A stretch of DNA of 64,000 nt from the NCBI RefSeq assembly GCF_009914755.1, contig NC_060930.1; one strand, written 5' to 3'. The notes beneath the pieces are model-generated. The model was not told the origin of the DNA and did not search any database. It saw only the letters and a program-made list of their open reading frames with translations. The translations under genes and the position numbers were made by a program. Shown in pieces: positions 16,255-33,371 of this stretch (positions are counted from its first letter, which is position 1; each line of letters opens with the position of its first letter). The stretch comes from the human T2T-CHM13v2.0 reference genome, Homo sapiens.

Positions 16255-16520
16255 ACTGGTCATTAAATATTTGAAATGTCACGTCTGCCAGTATTTTACA
16301 GCCTTTTGTAGTTTACAAAGGTGTTTACCTATATTGTCTTGTTTAAGCTTCACATTAACTCTGTGACATCAGTTGGGATTATTATTGCCATCAGAAAGCA
16401 CTTTATAAAATTAACACATGATCAGTGTGGCAAATGAATTAGTGTTGGAGAACTCTAGGCTCAGAAAGGTTGTCACTTACCCAAGGTCTCATGCTTATAG
16501 GTAATGGAGCCTAAACTCCT
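16255..16520 (-). mobile_element. MIR fragment
   Basis: aggctcagaaaggttgtcacttacccaaggtc. Confidence 0.5.
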
Positions 16521-17324
16521 AATAGCTTCAAGAATGGTACACAATTTAAATGCTCTGGGTTTTGGGGAGGAATATTTTACTCTGCGCTGGGTGGATCTGA
16601 GAAGGCAACTGAGGTGCTGGTGGGATCTGAGTTGGAAGAGAGGAAGAACAAGGATACATTTTACAAGAACAACGGTGTCTTACTCAGAAACAGTATGAAA
16701 TGTGGCCCAAATGTAGTAAAAACAAATCACACTTCCATGACCTTTTCAATGCCCCTTCTCTGGAGGTGTTGGAACTGAAATTCCACAAGGCTTGGCCACA
16801 GAGAGCACCTAAGGCAAAGCTCTCCTCCACTACATTGCCTGCTCAATTCTGGATTGCTGTTGAAGGAGGCAGGAAACGAACATCCATGAGCAATGGGAAC
16901 AATTTGCTCACGTAACACTTCTTTAGCTCACTTAACACAAGGATTGGATCCAGGTTTTGTGGAGCTTGAATCTTACACAATTTCGGGCTTCTTAAAAAAA
17001 AAAAAAAAAGGAAACATAACTAGAAATAAAAAGTTAGGCACAGGACTTTGGAAAGAACTCTGCGAAGGTCCAGAAGGTTAAACTTCGTTGGTGTCACAGA
17101 ATATCTACCTGTGCTTAACAGTATTAACACATGTGATACAAGGAGGGTAAATTATCCCATTAAATAACAGTGGAGTATTTCCCACTGTATATTCACCTCT
17201 GCTTAACAGTGACTTTAAAAATCTGCTAAAAGGAAAAAAAATATTCAATGATTAGCACGAGAATATTTTTTAAATGGTATCTGTGCTATTCGCTTCCAAG
17301 GTATTATTTTTTCCCTCTAGTACT

Positions 17325-17530
17325 TTTTAAATCGTTTCATTGAGGTATAATAAACTGCCCATATTGATGAGCTTTGAAATAAGTATATACCTGCAAAAGT
17401 ACCACCACCACCAAGATAATGAATATATCTGTCATCCCCAAAATTTCCTCCATCACCCTCAAAAGTTTCCCCATGCCCCTCTGTAATTCCTCCATCCAGC
17501 CCCCTCTGTACCTCCCTCCTACCTCTGCCC
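17325..17530 (-). mobile_element. old L1 3' end fragment
   Basis: cattgaggtataa...caagataatgaatatatctgtcatcccc. Confidence 0.6.
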
Positions 17531-17634
17531 CTACTTTTTCATATGTTTTTATCTATTTTGTTAGCATTTTAAGGCAGAAGGGTAAATCCAGTAGCTGTTA
17601 TTCCATCTTATCCAGAAGTAGAAGTCTCTGAGCC

Positions 17635-18049
<415 letters not shown>

Positions 18050-18744
18050 TTTTTTTTTTTTAACACAGAAAAATATTAACAACCCAAACATAAAAGAAAG
18101 GAAGAGATACTCCTTTAGGGTAAGTATGGTTTTGAGCAGAGAAACTAGAAGACCAATAACCCACACATAACTTTCCCATCTTAAGGGCAAAAGTGGAGAC
18201 CACAGCTAAAGGTGTGTCCAGTTCAAAGGGGTCTTTCTTTGCAAACTCATAGAAGCACTTTTGGGATGTCATCATCAATGTAGAAATCACATAAAAGGAG
18301 AAGATTACAGACTTTCTTTCCATACTTGACTGGTCATAAATGCACAATGGAATTAATTTTCGTTTCTGTTTTTGTAGATTCTGGCCACAGTCTAAGAGGG
18401 GCATGAGCCACTATTATGCTGAGTGTGTACTTGTGCCCAAGTAAAGTTTCTATCTGCATACGATAATTGTTCAGTTCTTCACCTTGCTCGGTCAACAGTG
18501 TTCACTCAACACCTGCTGTGTGTAGTGGAGGCACTGTGGGAATTTACAGAGGCCCTGGCATCCTTCCTAACCCTCTGCCTAGGCTCTGGAAGATGCCAAG
18601 CTGGTTTGTCATCTAAAGCTGGGTTCACATGCCCCTTCTAGGGCCACTCATCCCAATCATTTTTTCATTTGGAAGTACCTGCCAACTATACATTTCAATG
18701 AACATTGTTTCCTGAACAGCTTGTCTTATTTTATCACTAAATAC

Positions 18745-19051
18745 TTTTTTATTTTTTTTTTTGAGATGGAATCTTGCTCTGGATTGCTTGCTCCCAGGCT
18801 GGAGTCCAGTGGCACAATCTCAGCTCACTGCAGCCTCCGCCTCCCAGGTTCAAGCGATTCTCTGCCTCAGCCTCCTGAGTAGCTGGCATTCCAGGTGCGT
18901 GCCACCACACCCAGCTAACTTGTGTATTTTTAGTTGAGATGAGGTTTCGCCATGTTGGCCAGGCTGGTCTTGAATTCCTGGCCTCAAGTGTTCCACCTGC
19001 TTTGGCCTCCCGAGGTGGTGGGATTACAAGCATGAACCACCACACCCAGCC
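18745..19051 (-). mobile_element. AluS
   Basis: TSD taaatactttt. Confidence 0.92.
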
Positions 19052-19279
19052 TAAATACTTTTCAAATGTATGTTCTATCTTCTGAATTAGATCATAAAGT
19101 TTCTAAAGGCAAGAACTTACTCATAATTAGTATTCTACTCCTTAGCATCTCTCTCCTCATCACAGACCCTAGCACAGCTTGATATATATGTATTTTACTT
19201 TCAAGTATAATTTATCCTTATATAATTAACATTTGTTCTGTTATGGAACTGTTAGATAATACAGACAAACAAAAATAAC

Positions 19280-19582
19280 TTTTTTTTTGTTTTTTTTGGC
19301 AGGGTCTTGCCTTGTCACCCAGGCTGGAGTACAGTGGTGTGATCGTGGCTCACGGCAGCCTCGATCTCCCAGCTCAAGTTATTCTCCTGTCTCAGCCTCC
19401 TGAGTAGCTAGAACTAGAAGTGCATGCCTCCACATCTGGCTGAGTTTTGTTATTTTTTTTTTTTTGTAGAAACAGGGTTTCACTATGTTACCCAGCTGGT
19501 CTGGAACCCCTTAGCCAAAGCAATTCACCTGCCTCAGCCTCCCAGAATGCTGGGATTACAGATCTGAGCCACTGTGCCGAGC
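19280..19582 (-). mobile_element. AluJ
   Basis: reverse dimeric Alu. Confidence 0.9.
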
Positions 19583-19846
19583 CTAGAAAAAGTTTTAGTT
19601 ATCCATAATTCCATCATCCAAGAATAACTACTGTTAACGTTTTATATACAATATACACCAATCAGTAAGGATATTTGGCCCAAGAGAGCTAAGATATTAA
19701 TGGAATGAATTGAAATATACACAACCACAAGAAAGAAAAGCAAGAGTTGCACTTACTGATGTTTCTTTTGGCTTAGGGCAGGCAACAAAATAAGTGTGCC
19801 TTTAGAGACCTGGTCAAGCATGCTGGTCAGAAAATACTTCTCATCA

Positions 19847-20408
<562 letters not shown>

Positions 20409-20507
20409 CTAAAGTCTGGGCTTGTATCCTGTTCCGTGTTGAACTCTCTGTTTCAGCATCTGGTGTCCAGAAGGTCAAAAAGAATCTGTTAAATAAAGAA
20501 TAAAAAA

Positions 20508-20806
20508 GGCCAGGTGCGGTGGCTCACACCTGTAATCCCAGCACTTTGGGAGGCTGAGGCGGGCAGATCACGAGGTCAGGAGTTCAAGATCAGCCTGACC
20601 AACATAGTGAAACCCCATATCTACTAAAAGTACAAAAAATTAGCCAGGCGTGGTGGCAGGTGCCTGTAATCCCAGCTAATCGGGAGGCTAAAGCAGGAGG
20701 AATCTCTTGAACCCGGGAGACAGAGGTTACAGTGAGCTGAGATCGTGCCATTGCACTCCAGCCCGGGTGACAGTGCGAGCCTCTATCTCAAAAAAAAAAA
20801 AAAAAA
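20508..20806 (+). mobile_element. AluS
   Basis: TSD aaagaataaaaa. Confidence 0.93.
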
Positions 20807-20834
20807 AGAATAAAAATACCCCTTAGAGATCAGT

Positions 20835-21670
20835 TTTTAAAATTATTTTATCATGGAATATTTCTCATAGAAATATGTAAAATATATCATGACTACCTAG
20901 TATATCCAGCACTATCTATATCAAATTAAATCTCAACATTTTGTCACATTTCTTTCAGAATTTTTTAAAAGAATAAAAACATTGTAGATACAACTGAGGG
21001 TTTTCTGTGTATCCTCTTCCCAGCCTCATTCTTCTTCTCTACAGATAACCCAGATCATGAAGTTGGTATTAATTATTCTTATACATGTTTTATGCTTTTA
21101 TTCATGTATCTATAAACAATATATGGTATTGTTTTACAGGATTTTAAACTATTTAAATGGTATCATGTTCTATATACCCTGCAATTAGCTTTTCTGTTTT
21201 GTTTTTAAGATTTATCATTGTGCAGACACAAAGCTGCGATTCATCATTATAACTGCTCTATAATATTCCTGTGTATGAATATATGATGATATGTGAATCT
21301 GTTCTTCTATTGATGACATTTAAATGTTTTCAATTGAGTTTTTTCGCTGTTAAAAGCAGTGCTGCCACAAACACACAAATCGTCTGATGCAACCAAATAG
21401 TGTTTCTCTAAGGTATATATCTAGGAGTAGACTTCCAGGGTTGTGGGATATGAGCATTTCCAATCTTAATAGATGAAATCAAATTGCTCCCCAAAGTGAT
21501 TGCACCAATAATTCCACCTTTTCCTGAGATTTGGCATTGTTAGATTTTTTAAAAAAATTTTTTGCCAGTTTGGTGAGTATGAAATAGTATCTCATCATTG
21601 TTATAAATTTTTCATTACCTTAATTTCTAGTGATGTGCATCTTTTTACATTCTCATAGGCCACTTGGCTT
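20835..21670 (-). mobile_element. old L1 (L1ME-like) 3' region
   Basis: ttctattgatgacattta...tatatctaggagtag...gaaatagtatctcat. Confidence 0.65.
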
Positions 21671-22005
21671 TGAAAGACATAAATTAGTATATATTTGCAC
21701 CAAGACATAAATCCCTGTATCATCTCCATTTCTGAAAGAGAATTTGGATAAGGAAAAAGCCTGTGAGGAAGGAGAAATTGGAAATAGCCCTGCAAAGGGA
21801 GCAGATGGAGTGAGGGGAAGATTGGAGGTACTATTTGCCTTCCTTGGGCTTCTTTCCACTGCCATCCCTGGCCAACTGTCTCATCAGCCCTGTTTTCTTC
21901 CCACGAAACTGAAGTCCCATGGAGAGGCTGTAGTAATATCTTGACTGAGGAAGACTTTTTCTGGTCCTGGGTTTTTGGGCTTTTTTGATTCAAGACTAGT
22001 TAACC

Positions 22006-22372
22006 CTGTGGTTATTAACAAGAAATGTACATCCCTACTTGGGTGTGTTTAGGACATTTTGGGTGAGTTTTTGATGATCACAATGATTGGGGGGTTGGCA
22101 TTACTGGCATGAGTGGGCTGGGAACGGGGTGCTACACTTCTTTCAATGGATGGGACAGTCCTACGCAACAAAGAATTTCTCTTGTCCACTGCAAACGACT
22201 TTCAAAAGTCCTGCTGGATATTTATATGAGTGAAAAGCCTTCTTATAATAATTAAACCTAAAATCTAACTCTGTTTTCTGTGTAACCACAAAGTGTTTTG
22301 TCACAGGTTTGCACTGATTTTTCCAGGAATGTAAACTGCTATTTAAATTGAGGGACATTTCTAACTATGGTG

Positions 22373-22407
<35 letters not shown>

Positions 22408-22780
22408 TTGAGAACTTTACCAAGTGTGGTTAACTCTTTGACAGATTTAAAAAAAAAAAAAATCTACCACCCAACAATACTGATCATGGTATTTAAATCA
22501 CCAATACAAGCCACACACCGATACCAATCTACTATTGAATTATCATCTTCACAGTGATTCTACATATAGGTGCAAGCATCTGACAACTGCATTATGACTT
22601 CTATTATAGTGAGGCCTGAGCATTTTAATGATCAACTGTTCTCCTGTCATCATTTCTTTTTTATATTTGTTTATTATACTACACTTACTTCTAAAATTTT
22701 ATGTGTAGAATGATCATATTACCCATGAATTTCATTTTGGCATAGAAAAAGGGACAGTACGAAATATTTATAGATAGCCA
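22006..22780 (+). mobile_element. MER20B-like hAT-Charlie element
   Basis: tcacaatgattgggggg...ggacagtcctacgcaacaaagaat...tttttccaggaatgtaa...gattctacatataggtgcaagcatctgac. Confidence 0.75.
22375..22405. repeat. (GTT)n microsatellite
   Basis: about 10 units read directly. Confidence 0.95.
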
Positions 22781-22997
22781 GTGACCTTGATAAAGAAATT
22801 TAGGCCAAAAGAATTTTTAATAAAACTTATTTTTCTCAAAATCACACAGTTGGTAATTGAGAGAGGAAAGATTTGTACCCATTGTTGATTGACTCTTTCC
22901 ATTATGTCACCCTACTTTCCAAAGCAATGGCCTCCATCTAAATAACAACTACAATAGCTCACATGTACGTGACAGTTGATATGTGCCAGGCACTCTT

Positions 22998-23377
22998 TGC
23001 TATGGTTTGAATGTGTCCCCTCCAAAGTGTAGAGGTTGCCAATGTAATAGTACTGAGAGGTGAGGCATTTAAGAGGTAATTAGGCCATGAGGGCTCCTTG
23101 TGAATGAGATTGAGTAAGGAGAGGCTTCACCCATGTTCAGCTCTCTTGCCTTCTGCCTTTGTCCATGTGAGCACAGAGCATTCCTCCCCTCCAGAGGATG
23201 GAGCATTCAAGGCAACATCTTGGAAGCAGAGACTAGACTCTCACCAGACCATGAATCTGCAGGTGCCTTAATCTTTGACTTCTCAGCTTCCAGAATTGTC
23301 AGAAAATAAATTTTGAGTGGTTATAAATTATCCAGTCTCAGATATTTTGCTATAGCAGCACAAAATAGACTAAGACA
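22998..23377 (+). mobile_element. MST (MSTD-like) solo LTR inside a MIR (about 22940-23560)
   Basis: tgctatggtttgaatg ... gactaagaca termini. Confidence 0.88.
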
Positions 23378-23689
23378 GTCATGAGTTTTACATTTACTAA
23401 CACTTTGACCCTCATAACACGGTGAGGACTCTTGCTATCTTCATTGTACAGATGAGGAAACCAACACACCAAGGAGCTAAGAGACTTGCCCAAAGGCAAG
23501 CAGCTAATGTGTAGCATAGTTGGGATGATTGATCCCTAACTGTCTGGCTCTTCATCAATTCATTGTATCATGTCAAAGACAGAATCAGGACGCCAGGCAA
23601 ACCCAACTAAGGCATTTGGGCTATAGAAATGAGGAGAAATGGACACATCCGATGAAGAAAAATGGACACACGAAACCATTGCTTAAGTG

Positions 23690-23856
23690 TCAGAACATCC
23701 CAGAGGAGCTTCTGGGGTTATATGGATCCCCTAAAACTGTAGGAAAATAATGTATCTATGTGTGTGTGTATTTGCACATGATTCTAGGGCGCAAATCCAT
23801 GGTTCTCATTGGATTCTCAAAGGGGTTCCCAACCACAGAAAAGTTAGAACCACTGG
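23690..23856 (+). mobile_element. Charlie4z-like hAT MITE
   Basis: gattctcaaagggg...aaagttagaaccactg end. Confidence 0.6.
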
Positions 23857-24251
23857 TACAAAAGCATATCAGCAGGACTTGGTGACCAAGAAGATCTAGG
23901 CCCAGAACTTCCCAACCCAATGCAGGAGTATGGGAACTGGCTGAGTGCTGGGATAGAAATTCCCTTTGTTCTCAAGGCTGCTGGAGCTTCTTTATTCTTA
24001 TTGGCATCTCCATCTAGGAGCAGCCTCTTCATTTTGGTTTGCTCAAAAGCAAACCCTGAGAAAATCGATATGCTGTGCAAATAGGATTCATTTCTGTGTG
24101 TTTAATTATATGTGAATGAGTAGAAGGCACTGATGTAGGAAGAAAATGGGGAGAAAGAACATATCCTAAGAACATGAGTGAGGTCTGAAGAGCCACTCAG
24201 TACACAAACGGCTCTCAAGCTTTTTCTGCCCCCACACATCTAGTGAGGTAA

Positions 24252-25077
<826 letters not shown>

Positions 25078-25377
25078 GCACCTTCGGAGAGCATATGTCA
25101 GTTGAGAATTCTGACCGTATAGACAAGGCCTATGGCAGACTTTGTACAATATCTGGCCAGATGCACCATAATTATGTCATAGTTGGGTAGGTGGGGAGGG
25201 GTCGAGAGCTCAAACCTTTGTAGGATGAATCTAAAGTACTTTAAAAACTGGGGGCAGGGGGGTCGGGGGAAAGCATTAGTCCAAATCCTGAAATGGGAAA
25301 TTTTATGTGTAATTTAAAAGGTTTCATACAGTGAGGCCTATGCCATAATGGCTCAAGAAACAAATTCCAGAAAGCCA

Positions 25378-25689
<312 letters not shown>

Positions 25690-25843
25690 CTAATTTATAA
25701 ACAGGCCTTCAAAGGACAATCGTGTGCAACCAAGGCCTCTGCAAAGGCTGTACAATTTATCCCCTGGCTGCAGGGACAAGTGGGATTGAATTCCAGCCTG
25801 CCCTATTCTAACCAAGCTGTGAACCCACGTGAAGGGTCTATTT

Positions 25844-25998
25844 CTTCTTTTTTTTTTTTCCTTAAGATGGGGTCTCACTGTGTCGCCCCCGCTGGAATAC
25901 AGTGGCACGATCACAACTCACTGCAGCCTCCTGGGCTTAAGTGATCCTCCCACCTCAGCCTCCCAAAATGCTAAGATTACATGCATGAGTCACAGAAT
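25844..25998 (-). mobile_element. Alu monomer (FRAM-like)
   Basis: single reverse arm. Confidence 0.75.
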
Positions 25999-27499
25999 CT
26001 CGTTGGGTCTACATTTTTAAAATTTGCATAAAGGGGGTTATTCACATATAGCCCTTTGTGCAACTACCCCATCTCTCCTGGTTCACCCTAAAAAATCAGC
26101 TAAGTTTCATCTTCAGATCCAAAATGTCATTGCTAGCAATATGGTCTTTATAACAATATTCCACTGATCTTGAACAAAAGCAATTTGAAAGCCCCAGGCT
26201 GTTTGTTTTAATGGAATTTTCCTCATGTGAAAAAGTAAGCATTGCTGTTGTATTATTAATGGAGTTTTATCCTTTTTTCCACCAAGTTGACAGTTTTAGT
26301 ATCATGTTGGTACGATTTATTCTACTAAATGATTAGAATACTTCTGTGTCATATTTCTATCTTCCTTTTCTAAATTGGAAATGTTTGTATTCTTGCTGCA
26401 TTTGTCCACCATTTAATGAGATTTGAACTTGTTTGCTTTGCACTGAATGAGATTAAACCCCCTGCCAGTGTCCACCCTCAAGTCTTTGTGTTGGGGAGGC
26501 CCCAGTTATTTAGGCAAATGGATGGTTATTCTCAGCAATAAAAATGAGCAAATAATGTGAAAGCACCCATACCTCAAAAAGCAGAAGGGTGACCTCTGTT
26601 TGACCTTGAGATCTGCACACTAAAGAGAAAAGTTTCCTAACAGACAAAACAAGCTGCGAGCCAGAGAGAAAGAGAAGATTGCTTACTTTCTGATTACTTT
26701 GTTTAAACCAAGCTCCTCTCTGGTTTATAATCCTTTATGGGAGCATATTAAGAAGGGGCAGCTTAAGGTCTGTTTAGATTGGAAAAGAATCATGAAATAA
26801 ACAATTAATATTTAGGAAAAAGACCCAGAACGCTTTATTTGTAGACTTTTTCTCCTCTCATTTAATGAATAATAGCCTTGGACTGTGGTCTTGGGCTTCT
26901 CATGCATTTATTTTTATTGCTGTTGTCATATATTCACTGGTTACACTCTTTGTACTATTTTGGACAGTCCAAAATTAGGGGAATTCATTGGAGTAAATAT
27001 TTCGATCATTTCTGCTGGTATGAGTTGTATAGAGAATACAAGAGTGTCAATTCCAGGAACAGGGAAACAAATTCAGTGCTCATATTTTATCCTAGAAAAG
27101 AGGTCTTGGAACTTTTGCTTTGGGTGATTTTTAAAAAGCAGTCAATACTCCTTCCCATCTAGCCTAAGACTCCATTATGCCCCAGCCCAATGTCTGGTCC
27201 AGTTGGTCGCTGATGGTCCTGCCCAGAGCAGATCTGCTCTGCCCAGCCTTGGGGCTTCTGCTCAGGTCAGCAACTCCTGCTGAGATGGCCTCCTAGTTTT
27301 TTGTAACTATGAATTCTACACATCCTCAAAAGGGAGATCAAATCCTGGTTGTCCTAAGAAGTATTTCTTGGGAGGCCTGGACACCTTCTCCTCCTCCACC
27401 AAACTTCTCTGCCGCTCACTGCCTGGCCCTTTTAAATACATTATTAATTGTCTTTTCAAGCCTACAGGTTCTTATTTCTCCAGGTAAATTCTAACTTCT

Positions 27500-28310
<811 letters not shown>

Positions 28311-29490
28311 TTCTTCTCTCGTCCATCTCCTTAAGGGCAGACCAGCTTGTTAAATCATGGTGTCTCCAGCAGTGTCAGATATAGTACATGATAAATTCTA
28401 AACAGCTATTTGTTAAAGCTTGAAAATGTTTTCCTTCTGACCTAAAACAGCTCTCATCCTGATTAATAATAGAATTGCTCTCTTTAAAATTATGTCCATT
28501 GATCTGATATTCCAATTTCAAAAGTTCACATTTTTCAACTTTTGGAAATCTAGAAAAAGTGCCACGAGCTCTCATAATCATGCCATGGTTGACTTCAAAG
28601 AATGTAAAAGTTTCTCCTGTCATCTAGATGAGGAACTGAAGGGAATCACCACTGATGCCTACAGCACCCACAGGGGTAATTTTCAGAGGCTGCTGCTGAA
28701 TGTCCTGTCTGTCAAATGTCACATATCTGCTCCTCACAGCTGGAGGAAAAATTATGGTTTCTGATGCTGTGCCTTCCAGATCTTCTGTAAATGTTTCTCA
28801 TTGGCAGAATCTTTCCTGGGATCTACTGGCAAGGGATTTGGAGAAATATCTTTCCCAAGCTTCCAGCTCAGCTATCAGGATGCCTTTTTTTCCCCAATAA
28901 AAATAACTCTAACTCAATTTAGTTTAAATTATAATGAAATATTTTGGTTGTCATCACTACAATTCCAGAGGTAGTCAAGTTTAAGACTGATCCAGTATCT
29001 CTAGCTCTGTTTCCCTGCACTTCAGTTGGCCTGAACTTATTTGTGCACTGTCTTCATCCTCAGGTTGGTGTTAGGTTAGCTAGCATTCTAGGTCTTCCCA
29101 CATTTCCAACCCCTGGAAAAGCTGATGTTCGGTCCCCAGAATGGTTGCTAACAGACAATCCAGCCCATCTGTTTCTCCCACTCTTCCTTATCAAGCATCA
29201 AATTCTATTACATGTCCACAATCACTCATCCCTAAATCCAGAAATCCAAAACACTCTGAACACCAAAAGATTTTTTTCTTAAGTTTGGTACAAACACAAT
29301 TGGCAGCACAAACTGACCTGATATAAGACTACTCAGTTCAGTTCAGGTATTTATTCCATTTAGCGTGAATATCTACATGTTTTCTTTACAGAATAATCAA
29401 GTTGGATTACAAGGTATTGCCCTACACCCCAAAGAGGGCATTGAGTAATATATGGTAAAATTACAATATTATTTATCTAATATCCAAACA

Positions 29491-29493
<3 letters not shown>

Positions 29494-29542
<49 letters not shown>
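29494..29542. repeat. (TG)n microsatellite in an Alu tail
   Basis: about 24 units. Confidence 0.97.
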
Positions 29543-29543
<1 letters not shown>

Positions 29544-29820
29544 AGGTTCTCACTCTGTCACTGAGGCTGGAGTGCAGTGGCACAATCATGGCTTACTGTA
29601 GCCTCAACCTCCCCGGCTCAGGCAATCCTCCCACCTCAACCTTTTGAGTAGCTGGGACTGTAGGCATGTGCCACCATGCCAGGCTAATTGTTTGATTTTT
29701 TGTAAAGATGGGGTCTCGCTATGTTGCCAGGACTGGTCTCTGATTCCTAGGCTCAAACAATCCTCCCACCTAGGCCTCTCAAAGTGTTGGATTACAGGCA
29801 TGAGTCACCACACAAGGCCC
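29543..29820 (-). mobile_element. AluJ
   Basis: reverse dimeric Alu. Confidence 0.9.
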
Positions 29821-29970
29821 CAAAATTCTGAGTTTCAAAACACACTGGGTCCTAAAAGTTTCAGATAAAGGATTGCAGACTTTTAGAACAATTCATTCCC
29901 TATGTTCCCTATGGCACACTGACAAAATGGAATCTTTATGTGTTTATTTTAAATTATATTTATGAAAGAG

Positions 29971-30261
29971 TTCTTTTTTTTTTTTTTTTTTTTTGAGATG
30001 GGGTCTGACTCTTGTTGCCCAGGTTGGAGTATAGTGGTACGATTCTGCCTCCTGGGTTCAAGCGATTCTCCTGCCTCAGCCTCCCCAGTAGCTGGGATTA
30101 CAGGCACCCACCACCACACCCAGCTAATTTTTTGTATTTTTAGTAAAGACAGGGTTTGGCCATGTAGTCCAGGCTGGTCTCGAACTCCTGACCTCAGGTG
30201 ATCCACCCGCCTCGGCCTCCCAAAGTGCTGGGATTACAGGAGTGAGCCACCGCACCCAGCC
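29971..30261 (-). mobile_element. AluS
   Basis: TSD aaagag(t/c)tct. Confidence 0.92.
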
Positions 30262-30335
30262 AAAAGAGCTCTAATATAGCAAAATAGTTATGTTATAACA
30301 TTATGCGAAAAAAATGATACAAACCTACATTTTAC

Positions 30336-30538
30336 ATATATATGTATATATATATGTATATATATGTATATATATATGTATATATATGTATATATATGTA
30401 TATATATGTGTATATATGTATATATATGTGTATATATGTATATATATGTATATGTGTATATATATATGTATATATATGTGTATATATATGTGTATATATA
30501 TATGTATATATATATGTGTATATATATATATATATATA
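30336..30538. repeat. (TA)n/(TATG) compound repeat, about 200 bp
   Basis: read directly. Confidence 0.97.
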
Positions 30539-30539
30539 A

Positions 30540-30829
30540 TTTTTTTTTTTTGAGACGGAGTCTCACTCTGTTGCCATGTTTGAGTGCCGTGGGACGATCT
30601 CGGCTCACTGCAACCTCCGCTTCCTGGGTTCAAGCAATTCTCTTGCCTCAGCCTCTGAGTAGCTGAGATCACAGACACATACCACCACGTCTAGCTAATT
30701 TTTGTATTTTTAGTAGAGACAGGGTTTCACCATGTTGCCCAGGATGGTCTCGACCTCTTGACCTCATGATCTGCCCGCCTCAGCCTCCCAAAGTGCTGGG
30801 ATTACAGGCGTAAGCCACCACACCGGCCA
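30540..30829 (-). mobile_element. AluS
   Basis: reverse dimeric Alu. Confidence 0.92.
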
Positions 30830-30964
30830 TATTTTTATTTTATTATTTAATATGAAATATTCTATTCGGTACAATATTTTTATTTTTAAATATATATTTA
30901 TTTTAATGTGCATATTACACATATCAAAATGTATACTAAAAGTCTAAAAGCAAATATTGCATAA

Positions 30965-31186
30965 TTTTTTCCCAGCTTTATTAAGGTATAACTGACAAAT
31001 AAAAATCATATGTATTTACAGTGTGCACTGTGATATTTTGATATATGTGAGCATTTTGAAAGTATTAAATCCAGCTAATTAACATATCTCTCACCTCACA
31101 TGCTTTTTTGTGGTGAGAACATTGAAAATCTACTCTCTTAGCAATTTTTAAGGATACATCCATTATTATTAACTATAGTTACCATG
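30965..31186 (-). mobile_element. L1MA-like 3' end
   Basis: cagctttattaaggtataactgacaaataaaa...aaatctactctcttagcaatttt. Confidence 0.8.
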
Positions 31187-31206
31187 AAACATAGCATCAA
31201 TTTTAT

Positions 31207-31884
31207 CAGTAGTTCTTAACTTTAGCTCTTTGGCTACAGGTCCCTTTGAGAATCTAATGAGAACACTCGAAGTGACTTTTGCTTTTTGCTTCCTTTTGGT
31301 TGTCTAGCATCCAACCCCTCTTCCTATTTTAGGGGAATCCTTCACTAGGTGAATGTTGGTGGGAGCTGGATCCTGTCTTCTATAGCAAAGGAGGTGAGGA
31401 ATCCTATGTGTACCTCTCCAACTCCAGACAGCTAGGAGCAGTCCCAGACCAATGCCCCGCCAGTCAGACCCTCCTGCTCAGGGATCTAAATCTTCGGGAA
31501 AGGACAATTAGAGATTGTCCATGGTGGCAGCGTCGGGTTGAGAGTTCAGTGATGGCAGCACTAAGTGTCCTGTGATGGCAGGGGCGTCCTCCCCACCAGA
31601 CTCTCCCTAGGACTGCCGGTCCACCAATCATCTGCTGCTTTTTCTAGCCTGGTTTTTCAGCCTCCCTAACACTTTTGATGGCTTTTCAAAAGACATTTTT
31701 GGTCTAAGTTAACCAGCATTGGTCTCTGTGTTTTACAACCTCTTGGTTGTACCTTAATTGGTACAGCTATAGATTCTTTCCTTAGAAAAATGCACATATC
31801 TACACAGATTTGCACCAATTTTCAGGGCTTCATGGAACCTCGTGACCACCGTGAGACTATGGACCCCAAATTAAGAACCCCTGT
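31207..31884 (-). mobile_element. Charlie4z-like MITE split by an old LTR-like insert (about 31270-31750)
   Basis: cagtagttcttaac..ccctttgagaatctaatga and ggaccccaaattaagaacccctg halves. Confidence 0.6.
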
Positions 31885-31896
31885 ATTGATACTGTG

Positions 31897-32205
31897 TTTT
31901 TTTTTTTTTTTTAAAGATGGAGTCTCACTCAGTCTACTGCACCCAGGCTGGAGTGCAGTAGCACAGTCTTGGCTCACTGCAACCTCCGCCTCCCAGGTTC
32001 AAGCAATTTTCCTGCCTCAGCCTCCTGAGTAGCTGGGATTACAGGCACACGCCACCACACCCAGCTAATTTTTGCATTTTTAGTAGAGACGGGGTTTCAC
32101 CATATTGGCCAGGCTAGCCAGTCTCGAACTCCTGACCTCAAGTGATCCACCCACCTCGGCCTCCCAAAGTGCTGAGATTACAGGTATGAGTCACTGCACC
32201 CAGCC
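31897..32205 (-). mobile_element. AluS
   Basis: TSD ttgatactgt. Confidence 0.92.
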
Positions 32206-32977
32206 TTGATACTGTTTTTTGAGAGTGTGGAGTTATAGTGACTTTTTCCCACCTTCTCATTGTTTTATGATTTCCAAATTTTCCACAATGAACATGTACT
32301 ACTTTCATAATCTGAGAAAGTAAAATAAATTATATTTTAAAGAAAAAGATTATTCCAGAGACTTAAGACATTGTTCCCATACTCTTGAAAAAGAAATGTA
32401 TTAAACCATTGTCAGTGATTAACATATTATATAAGAATATTGAGAAGGAAAATATTCCTCAGACTGTTCCCGGGGATCTGTAAATTGACCTTTGGCAAAT
32501 CACTTAACTTTGCCTAGCAGCCCTTTGACTGTAACATTGTCACACATGTGTGCTGTTTCTCCCACATATATGTGGCTGGGATTGATGAAATCATCATTTG
32601 TACATATTCTTCAAGGTCCTCCCATGGAAAAGCACTTTGCAGACAGAATAAATGACTATTGCCCTATTATTATTTCCTGGAACATTGACGGCTGCCAGCC
32701 TTGAATGAAACCTTATTTTAAAAAGCATATTATTTCCTTTGCCTTTCTTCTGAATATAACAATTCTATAAGAATAAATGGAGGAACACTTCTATTCCAAA
32801 GCTGTGTAGAATATGCAGCAAATCATAAACTTTGTCATCGTAAGGAAAAACAAGTTTAAATTTAATTTTTGCTCTCCATTTATCATCTCCATGCTCAATA
32901 TCACATACTTATGTACCCATTTTAAGCTACCCTGGGAAGCTCAAAATGTACCTGCGCTCTTAAATTTGAAAAGTGCA

Positions 32978-33371
<394 letters not shown>

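Larger units (their letters stand above)
29211..29882 (+). mobile_element. MER46C-like Tigger MITE, split by (TG)n and an Alu
   Basis: gtccacaatc...gaaatccaaaa start; gtttcagataaaggattgcagac end forms the inverted terminus. Confidence 0.75.

Noticed and set aside
17107-17211. Repeated acct(g/c)tgcttaacagt about 90 bp apart
   Set aside because: Only two short copies, with no element or array structure.
30288-30678. Tyr/Ile-rich ORFs
   Set aside because: Translations of the TA repeat.
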